DNA from: Elainellaceae cyanobacterium
GTDB lineage: Bacteria; Cyanobacteriota; Cyanobacteriia; CAZCXK01
Length of the DNA stretch: 41,243 nucleotides
Assembly: GCA_051117555.1 (NCBI GenBank)
Contig: JBNPEG010000082.1
Coordinates: 1-41,243, forward strand
Direction of reading: 5' to 3'
Each line of letters opens with the position of its first letter. Position 1 is the first letter of the stretch. Made by a program: the position numbers and the translations under genes. Below, piece after piece: positions 10,228 through 19,500 of this stretch. The notes below the pieces were generated by a model. The model worked only from the letters and a program-made list of their open reading frames with translations. It made no database searches and was not told the origin of the DNA.

Positions 10228-11130
10228 CTATCGTGCCCGGTAATGCCAGAAAAAATCGCCTGCTGCTAATAGTGCCCCACCTACAATTAACAGACAGGCG
10301 ATCGCAATGCTCCAACTTGGTTCAGCTAAGCCACACACTACAAGCAGAAGGGTTGATAACAACGGAGCGGCATAGGATAATGCTCCGAGTACTTTGATGT
10401 TTCCTTGCTTGACGCCATAATCCCACGTAAAAAAGGCAAGACCCACCGGGCCTAATCCTAGACACACCACTGCGATCCACTGCCATCCAGACGGGATGAC
10501 GGTGGATTCAAATAGGGCATGACAGAGCCACGCGAGCAGGGCGGTGACTCCGCAAAATCCGCCGACCGCGTTAGTGGGAATAGCGCCCAATCGCCTCGAT
10601 AATACTGAATAACTCGACCACGTTAACGCACATACCAATGCAGCGAGATAGCCTGTCAAATGGCGCGTATCAAACGCGAACGATTGCCCGTTGGTGAGGA
10701 GTAGTGCAGCTCCTCCAAAACCGGCGATCGCCCCCACGATGTGAAACCATTTCAACTGTTCGCCCGGAAGTAGCGCAGAAAACACCACAATCAGCAGAGG
10801 CCACAAGTAAGCAATCAGACTAGCTTCGACTGCGGGCGCATGTCTTAAGGCGATGAAGTAGAAAAAATGATATCCGAATAACCCGAGAACACCGATCGCC
10901 CATACCCTACGAGGTAGCCTGAGGTGATGAAGAATGCCGCCACCCTGCTTCAGCCACACGACGACTCCAATTAAAAAGGCGATCGTAAATGACATTGCTG
11001 TAAGCTGAAATGGAGGCACAGAGCCACTCAGCTCAGTCAAGAGAGCGAGGGTTGCCCACATTAAGACGGCAGTAAAGCCAATCAATGTGGGCGCAATGGT
11101 GGATGAAACCTGAATAGATGTTTGTTTCAC
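10228..11130 (-). CDS. DMT/EamA transporter, YddG-like
   Basis: About ten TM helices in two EamA halves; LIAYLWPLLIV and WDYGVKQG motifs; 4-bp overlap with the upstream gene. Confidence 0.88.
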   Translation of the reverse strand: MKQTSIQVSSTIAPTLIGFTAVLMWATLALLTELSGSVPPFQLTAMSFTIAFLIGVVVWLKQGGGILHHLRLPRRVWAIGVLGLFGYHFFYFIALRHAPAVEASLIAYLWPLLIVVFSALLPGEQLKWFHIVGAIAGFGGAALLLTNGQSFAFDTRHLTGYLAALVCALTWSSYSVLSRRLGAIPTNAVGGFCGVTALLAWLCHALFESTVIPSGWQWIAVVCLGLGPVGLAFFTWDYGVKQGNIKVLGALSYAAPLLSTLLLVVCGLAEPSWSIAIACLLIVGGALLAAGDFFWHYRAR

Positions 11131-12260
11131 AGCTGATAGTTTGCAACTCCCTCATCAGAATTAAATCCATGAAATGGACTGTATTTCTTCATAACATGGT
11201 TGAGCGTATCAATGGGAAGGGCATAGGCTATGTGACCTTGAAAGCCGGTCATGGTTTTAGCCGCAACCAGTGCATTGAGAATGGCTTCTTCAACGGCTTC
11301 TGAGAGGGCTTCGAAGAGGGCATCCATCTGCTCATGAGGCAGCATTTTGATGGGCGTTAGCTGAGATGGATGTGCAAGCACGTCGTTTCCGGTGGAAAAT
11401 GCAAGAAAAACGTCTCCACTGCTATTTTGTCCGATTCCGCCTGTTCGCGCTAAGCCAACGGTCGCACGCCGAGCCAGCCGTTTACACTGGACTGGAATCA
11501 GCGGAGCATCGGTGGCAATGATGACAATAATGGAACCACCTGAGGGAGGCGTTTCCCAAGGGAGGGGAATGTGGGTTGCGTTTAGTTCATAGCCAACGGG
11601 AACCCCTGCAATGCGGAGTGAATGCCGTCGACCATAGTTGGTTTGCACTAAAACTCCTAACACATATTGCCCTATCGAGGTTGGCACGAGGCGAGAGGCT
11701 GTCCCGATTCCACCCTTGAATTCGTGACAAATCATACCCGTGCCTCCCCCCACATTGCCTTCATCACACGGCCCGCTTTGGGCGATCGCCAATGCGGCTT
11801 TGACGTGATCTGGAGTCACATGAAAGGCATTGATATCATTGAGCCATCCGTCATAGGTTTCGGCGGCTACCGGCAAAAAACTGCCGCGCGGATTGCCTTG
11901 TTCTAGACAATAGGCATTGAGAGCATCTCGTACGACTCCCACAGAGTGCGTGTTGGTGAGGGCGATCGCCGAGGTCAGCAACCCAGATTCCTCTAGCCAG
12001 AGAAGTCCCGTCATTTCGCCATTACCATTGAAGCAATAACTTCCGGCAAAGGCATAATTAGTCCATATGTCTCCGTGGCGCGGAACGATTGCTGTGACCC
12101 CTGTTCTGGCAATACGAGGTTCATCTTTGATGATCGTGCTATGCCCGACTAAAACACCTGCCACGTCAGTAATAGCATTGTGCGGTCCCGGTGCAAAGTG
12201 ACCAATAGTGATTCCTACATCCCTGAGGCGAGTTCGGCCCATCTTTGTGTTCCTGTGCAT
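11127..12260 (-). CDS. P1-family (S58) DmpA/BapA-like self-processing aminopeptidase/amidase
   Basis: NAITDVAGVLVGH, NGNGEMTG, EGNVGGGTGM and FKGGIGTASR motifs; G-S cleavage motif GSIIVIIATDAP; SGDVFLAFST. Confidence 0.9.
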   Translation of the reverse strand: MHRNTKMGRTRLRDVGITIGHFAPGPHNAITDVAGVLVGHSTIIKDEPRIARTGVTAIVPRHGDIWTNYAFAGSYCFNGNGEMTGLLWLEESGLLTSAIALTNTHSVGVVRDALNAYCLEQGNPRGSFLPVAAETYDGWLNDINAFHVTPDHVKAALAIAQSGPCDEGNVGGGTGMICHEFKGGIGTASRLVPTSIGQYVLGVLVQTNYGRRHSLRIAGVPVGYELNATHIPLPWETPPSGGSIIVIIATDAPLIPVQCKRLARRATVGLARTGGIGQNSSGDVFLAFSTGNDVLAHPSQLTPIKMLPHEQMDALFEALSEAVEEAILNALVAAKTMTGFQGHIAYALPIDTLNHVMKKYSPFHGFNSDEGVANYQL

Positions 12261-12273
12261 GTTCGTTGACAGA

Positions 12274-13329
12274 CTACGTTACTCTGACAGCGAGCTCTTG
12301 ACAAAAGATATCCACAATCATTTGAGTGGATACCGAGCGATCGCGCCACTGGGACTTTTCAGAGCACAGGTCAGCCGTGCGATATCCCTTGACCAACACT
12401 CGCTCTTGTGTCTCCATGATAGTGTGTGCCGCCTTTAGTTCGCCCCACTGTTCGAGCATTAACACAATGCCTGCGAGTGTACCAAACGGATTGGCAATAC
12501 CTTTCTGGGCAATATCGGGGGCAGTACCATGAATGGCCTCATACATGCCAAAGCCTTGGGCATTGAGGCTGGCAGATCCTAACATCCCAATTGAACCGAC
12601 CAGGGCTCCGCCGATATCGCTCAAAATGTCGCCAAACAGGTTTCCTGCCAACACCACATCAAACCGCTGAGGATGGCGCACCATCTGCATCGCGAGGTTG
12701 TCTACTAACATCGGTTCAATCTGCACACCTGGAAAGGCTCGCGCTTCATCACAGACGAGTTGAACCCAGGATAGGCAGGGCAATGCATTCTCTTTGTGAG
12801 CAACAGTCAGCACCTGTTTGCGAGCCGATGCTTTTTCTAATGCGACCTTAGCAATGCGGCGGATTTCGTGATCATAGTAGCGCATGGTGTGATAGCCATA
12901 GTTGCCCTGCTGATCGCGCGATCGCCCTGAGGGGCCAAAATAGATGCCGCTCACGAGTTCTCGCACAAACAAAATATCAACTTCCTGAAGTAGTTCGGGT
13001 TTTAGAGGAGATGCGCTAAACAGGCTAGGAGACGGGCGCACCGGACGCAGGTTTGCGAAGAAATCAAAGTGTTTGCGGAGTTCAAGCAATCCCCCTTTAG
13101 AAACCGCTCCAAAGACGATCCCATCTGTGCCGTCGCAAAGCCGCGCTGTGGCATCTGGGAAATAGCTCCCAAAGGTTTGCATCGCAGGTTCACCGATTAA
13201 CCCATGGGCGATCGCCACTGAGAACCCGTGTAATTTGGCAACCTCTTGCAGGATAGTGAGTGCAGCATCTACTACTTCAGGACCAATTCCTTCACCGGGG
13301 AGGGCAGCAATGCGATAGGAGCGAGACAT
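12274..13329 (-). CDS. Beta-decarboxylating dehydrogenase, isopropylmalate/isocitrate family (atypical LeuB paralogue)
   Basis: GEGIGPEV, ANLRPV, VRELVSGIYFG, NLFGDILSD and EAIHGTAPDIA motifs; lacks the GGPKWD..RPE loop. Confidence 0.85.
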   Translation of the reverse strand: MSRSYRIAALPGEGIGPEVVDAALTILQEVAKLHGFSVAIAHGLIGEPAMQTFGSYFPDATARLCDGTDGIVFGAVSKGGLLELRKHFDFFANLRPVRPSPSLFSASPLKPELLQEVDILFVRELVSGIYFGPSGRSRDQQGNYGYHTMRYYDHEIRRIAKVALEKASARKQVLTVAHKENALPCLSWVQLVCDEARAFPGVQIEPMLVDNLAMQMVRHPQRFDVVLAGNLFGDILSDIGGALVGSIGMLGSASLNAQGFGMYEAIHGTAPDIAQKGIANPFGTLAGIVLMLEQWGELKAAHTIMETQERVLVKGYRTADLCSEKSQWRDRSVSTQMIVDIFCQELAVRVT

Positions 13330-13361
13330 AGGGAGACGCAGTAGATTAGAGTGTAATTTAA

Positions 13362-13540
13362 GAGGATGTTTTAAAAGTCCTGTTTTTTGTTGCCTTAGCG
13401 ACTAAAGTTCTCTTGACAGAGACGCTTCGCGAACGCAGGCTACACGGACAAAAAAACCGTTGGTTTTGCTGGAGTCCGCCGCGGCGGACTTTGTTTGTAT
13501 AGGCGCGGTTTTAACCGCCGGCCCCTTTTAAAGCATCCTC
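13362..13540. mobile_element. MITE with 16-bp TIRs and a TAA target duplication (IS5-like ends)
   Basis: GAGGATGTTTTAAAAG / CTTTTAAAGCATCCTC (1 mismatch); TAA at 13359-61 and 13541-43; palindromic REP-like cargo. Confidence 0.75.
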
Positions 13541-16500
13541 TAAGGGCGATCGCCTTCGAAGGGATTGGGCATATGCTTGATGTTGGCAATCTCCTGGGCG
13601 AGTGTATCTACGGTAAACTGAATCTGGTCTTTTGAATGCAGTGAGGTAATAAAAAACCTCAGCCGTGCAGCGTTATAGGGCACAGACGGATAGACCATCG
13701 GCTGCACGTTAATGCCGTGTTCAAATAGCACTTGAGAAAGCCGGACGGCCTTATAGGGTTCACCCACGATAATTGGAATGACAGGGGAATGGTTGCTATT
13801 GCCGGTATCTAAGCCGCTAACACGGGCAAGCGTTAAGAAAAACTGTGCCCGCTGATGAAGCTGCGCGACTCGATCCGGTTCAGCACGTAGAATGCGTAGT
13901 GCCTCCAGCGCTGCTCCTGCATTTGCTGGGGACATCCCGACGCTGAATACAAACCCCGGTGCCGTATATTTCAAATATTCGACAAGCTCTCGACAGCCCG
14001 CAACATAGCCGCCACAGCTTGCAAATGACTTGCTCAACGTCCCCATCCACAAATCAACATCGCTGGATGAAATACTGAAGTATTCTCCAATGCCTCGTCC
14101 CCGCTGCCCTAATACGCCGATGGAATGCGCTTCGTCGACCAACAGAAATGCCTTGTGTTGCCTCTTAACTTCAACGATTTCAGGGAGAGGAGCCAGGTCG
14201 CCATCAGTACTGTAGATCCCTTCGATGGCAATCAGTACTTTCTGATAGTCATGCCGGTGCTGCCGCAAAAGCCGATCAAGCTCACGCCAATCATTATGGG
14301 GAAACTCTATTGCAGTGGCACCCGACAAATTACACCCTTCACGAATGCTGTTGTGGCTCAGGGCATCATAGAGAATCAGATCTTTCTTGCCGAAGAGATG
14401 CCCGATTGTTGTGACATTGGTAGCGTGCCCGCCAATATAAGCGATGCAGTCCTCCGTGCCTAGCAGTGCAGCAATTTCTTGTTCTAATGCCCGATGAATT
14501 GGACGTTCGCCGGACACAACACGACTTGCAGAGACTGAGGTTCCATAGCGGGCGATCGCCTCTTGAGCTGCCCTGGACACTCTCGGATCACCGGATAATC
14601 CCAAGTAGTTATAGGTGGAGTAGTTGATTACCTCACGTCCACCTATGTAAGAAATATCCCGAGCGATGCCGTCATGAACGTCAAAGAAGGGATTGCCCAA
14701 TGTTTCAACCCGATTCAAATCTCCTCGGAGAGCTAGATATTCTGGTGTTTTGGTGAATTGGTAGTATTCGGGAGGGATGGGGGGATGAGTGGATGGGGGG
14801 AAGAGTGGATGGGTGAAATTGGAATCAGGATTAGCGGGGATGCTTGGGGTGCTGGCTGGGAGTTTGTCTGACCCGTTGATTGACGTATGCTCTAACGTGC
14901 TGGCTGATGATTTAGAACTGTTGATTGATAGATGACCTGACGGTGCTGAAAGATTAGCTGACGAACCGGCTGATGGATCGGCTGAAGTAATCGTTGAGAT
15001 GCTTGCTGAATCATTAATCGAAACCGCATTAGTGAGATGGGCCGCAAGGGCGTTGGTAGTTGGATGGTCGAACAATAGGGTTTGGGGAATCGGATAGTTC
15101 AAACTGGTTTGTAGCCGATTGGTGAGTTCTACTGCCATGAGTGAATCCATGCCGAGGTCGCTGAAGCGTTCATAGGGATCAATCAAGTCAGGGGAACTAA
15201 AGCCTAAAACGTTTGCAAGGTGTTGACAAATGTGGTGTTCTAGTAACGACAGGCGATCGCCAGGGGTAGCAGTTTCAATCTGCTGACGTAGATCTGATCG
15301 AGTCTGACGAGGCGTCGTCTGAACAGTAGGCTTGAGGGCGTTCAACATTGGAGATAAGGAAGCGTGGCGGAAAAAAGCATCCCACTCTACTAGGAAAATG
15401 CCGACTTGGGAGAATCCTTGGGTGAGGGCAGCATCGAGAGCTTGGATTCCTAAATCCGGGGCGATCGCCCGTAACCCCTGAGCTGCAAGTCGGTTTGAAT
15501 CTCGTTCATCTAGATTCGCCGCCATACCCACCGCCCACGGTCCCCAGTTGATTGTGGTTGCAGGCAATCCTAGGCTGCGCCGATGATGGGTCAGCGCATC
15601 CATATAGGCATTGGCGGCTGCATAGTTGCCCTGCCCTGGAGAGCCGAGTAATGCCGCGATCGATGAGAAGCACACAAAGAAATCGAGCGAATCATCCTGG
15701 GTAAGAGTATGCAGATTCCAAGCCCCTGCAATTTTGGGTGCTAATACTGTTCTGAATGCCTCCCAGGATTGGTTTTGCAACACGCCATCCTCCAAGACTC
15801 CGGCGGCGTGAATGATGCCACGGAGTGGATGGGTCGGGAGGGGCGAGTCAGACGTAGAGATGAACGATGAAATCAGGGCAGCAGCATCGGCTGACTTTGA
15901 AATATCTGCCTGAGCGGTGCGAATGTGGGCTCCCTGCTGCTCAAGCTGGCGAATTGCGGCAACGGCATCGGGGGAAGGGGGGCGGCGTCCGGCAAGTACA
16001 ACCTGAGTTGCGCCACGTTCGACCAACCATCGGGCGATATGGAGTCCGATTGCTCCCAGTCCACCCGTGATTAGGTAGCTGGCATCCTTGCGAATCGGCT
16101 GAGCAGGGGCGATCGCCGGCAATGAAATCACGACTTTGCCCACGTGTTTCGCCTGTGCCATATATCGAAATGCTGCGGGCACATCTTCAACTGGGAAGAC
16201 GGTGTGAGTCAGAGGTTTCAACGTACCCTGCTGAAACTGCTGTATCAGGTCTGTCAGCATAGCTGCCACAAGATGCGGAGCTTTCTGTGACACCGCCAGG
16301 AGATCAAACGGACAGTACAACACATCCGGTCTCGCTTGGTGAATTTTGCATGCGTCCCAGATGCCAATTTTGCCAATTTCAACAAAGCGACCCTGGGATG
16401 CCAATACGCTCAATGACTTGGGAATGAAATCTCCGTTAAGGCTATTCAGCACCACATCGACGCCTGCTCCTGCCGTGATGTCTAATACCTCATGGGCAAA

Positions 16501-19500
16501 ATCAAGGGTGCGAGAATTCATGACGTGAGTGACGCCCATTGAGCGCAGAACCTCCCACTTGCCGGGGCTGGCAGTAGCAAACACCTCTGCTCCGATGGAC
16601 TGAGCTAACAGCACTGCCGCTTGCCCCACTCCCCCAGCAGCGGCATGAATAAGGACGCGATCGCCCGGTTTGAGATTTGCCAAGTGACAGAGCCCATAGT
16701 AAGCCGTTAAGAAAGTCGTCGGAATGGTGGCGGCTTCGGAAAAACTGAGTCCGTTAGGCTTGGGCACCACAAATCGTGCATCGACAGTGACGTGCTGTCC
16801 TAAGCTACCCACCGCTTGAGCAGCAATGACGGTATCTCCTACTTGCAAGCCATCGACCCCGTCGCCCACCGCCGTCACGACGCCCGCACAGTCTCCACCA
16901 AACGGAACCTCGCTCGCCTTGGCAATGCCCATGTCTTCTAACACATCCTTCAGCATGCCCAAAGCGTTTAGCACGTCACGAAAGTTGATGCCTGCTGCCC
17001 GTACCTGAATTTCCACCTCGCCCGGTTGAGGTGAGCGGCGAGTAGTAGGTATCCACGTTAAATTGTCTAACACCCCATAGTCGGACAGACTCAACCGGAA
17101 TGACTCTGCCTTGGGAATCGACACCCGCTGGGTCAGGTATTGGTGATGGGGTAAAAGCCGCGCAACGTAGCGATCGCCCTGACGATAGGCAATCTGGTCT
17201 TCATCGTCTGATCTGCACAGTTCGTTCACTAAATCGGCTGTGGAGACAGCCCGATCCACATCGATGCAGGTGCAGTAGAGCTTGGGATATTCGAGCCGAA
17301 TGACTCGCGCCAGCCCCCATAGAGAAGCGTGGTCAATCTGTAACGGCATAGGAACGCCAACTGCCTGTGAATTCTGGGTGATCAGCCACAGCCGAATTGA
17401 GATCAAGGACTGCATAGAAGACTGTGCGATCGCCTGAATCAGGTATAAAACACTCCCACATCCGCGCTGCTGCACCTGTTCCCAGGTTGTTGAAACAGAC
17501 GAGTTTTCAATATGACTATCAATTCCCCAGAGATGAACGATATTCAAGTTCAGAGATAAATTCAGATTTGAAGTCTCTACTGCTAACTGCTCTAGTACCT
17601 GATAGAACTGATCAGGACATGACGGATTAATCGCGTAGACATCCTGTTTCAACGCGGTGAAGTCATCGCCGGGAACTACCATCACACAGCGATCGCCCCG
17701 GTGTCGTAGTGCTGTGGAAAGGTCTGCTCCAATGCTCTGAGCGTCGGCAAATAGCAGCCACATCGTTTGGGTCTGGCAATTCGCAGACGCGATATCGAGC
17801 GGCTTTGACTGCCAAGTCAGGTGATAAAACCACTGAATCTCGCTCTTGACTCCTAAAAGTTGCTGTAAGGACGGTTCGCTGATAGAGCGGAGCGTCAATC
17901 CTTGAAGATGAGCCGCGATCGCCCCGGACTCGTTCCACACGGACACATCAGCTTTGAGGATGGAAGAGGGAGTTGTGGATATCTCATCTCGAATATGAAT
18001 ATGGCACCACAGGGATTGCCCCAGCGGTGCAACCTGTCGCAGTGTTTCAATGCCCACAGGCAAATATGTTCCAGAGGTGCTGTCAGTGGCGATCGCCGCT
18101 CCCAGGGTTTGAAAGCAAGCATCAAGTACTACCGGATGGAGGTGATAGAAATTACTAATATACCTAACACTATCAACGAGCGCATCCGGTAGTTGAATCT
18201 GACTCAATGCCTCCTGATCGCCGCACCAAAGCTGACGAATGCCTTGAAACAGGGTGCCATACTCTAAGCCTTGCGATCGCAGCGTTTGATAGTAGTGGCT
18301 GACATCAATTGGGGTTGCAATCAAAGCAGTCTGGAGCTGAACGAGGTCTGGAGTGTGAGGCGGATTGGAATGGCTAGGGGCAATCGTTCCGCGGGCATGG
18401 CGAATTACTGTTTCATTACCATCTTTCTCAACGAGGATGCTGAAAATCTGTGCAGCATACCCCCCATTCTCATCAGGCATGAGAACAATCTGCACCGTCG
18501 TCGGAGCCGTGAACACGAGTGGCTGCTCGATGGATACATCCAAGATATCTACGTCAGCCCCGATTACGTCACCTCCAGCCGCCATCATCATTTCAACGTA
18601 GGCGGCTCCCGGCATGACCGGCTGACCCAGGATGCGGTGATCGGTCAAATAAGCAGGAGAGGTCGCCTCAAGCGTTACTTGAAAACGAATCTCGGAGGTT
18701 CCGGCTAGACGCAGGCGATCGCCCAATAATGGATGTCGGCACTGGGTAGAAGTATTAGACACTGGCGAAACGAAATTGCTGGCGATCGCCCCGTCCCACC
18801 AGTAGCGCTGCCGCTGGAAGGGATAGGTCGGCAGGTGAACATACTGCCGGGGTGAGTCGCCCAATGCATCTACGCCTTGCCAGTCAATAGGTACACCGCG
18901 AACGTAGAGGTCTCCTAAACTCTGAAGTAGGGTCTGCCAGTCAGATGCCCCCGGACGCAAACTCGGCAACCATATTGCTGATGGAGACGTCGCTAGTTGA
19001 GAAATCGCTGATGCAGCTCTATTCGTCCGTGTATTAGCAGCGAATTGCTGATCCCAACACTGTCGTCCCAGACCGAGCAGAATCGGCTTGGCTCCAATTT
19101 CTAAGAAGACTCGATAGCCTGCCTGCTTTAACGTCTCCATGCCCGCTGCAAAGCGCACAGGCTGACAGATATGCTGGCACCAGTAGTCGGGAGTGGCGAT
19201 CGCATCGGTTGCCCTGCCCGTCACGGTGGACACAAACGGAATGCGCGGAGCGGAGTAGGTCACCTGCTGAGCGGCCTTGGCAAAGTCGTGGAGCATAGGA
19301 GTCATCAACGACGAATGAAAGGCGTGGGACACATTGAGCCGCGTCGCTTTGATGCCCGTTGTTTCAAACGTAGACATGATATGGGCGATCGCCTCATCCG
19401 TGCCCGAAATCACAATATTCTGTGGGCTGTTAACCGCTGCGATCGCCACCTCATCCCCATAGGGTGCGATCGCCTCTCCAACCTGTTCGACAGATGCCAT

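Noticed and set aside
12274..13329. Gene symbol leuB
   Set aside because: The specificity loop is missing, so housekeeping function cannot be assumed.
13540..14740. Calling the C-terminal domain bioF or the gene sxtA
   Set aside because: No biotin or saxitoxin genes are nearby, and SxtA has MT-GNAT-ACP-AONS rather than KS-AT-DH-ER-KR.
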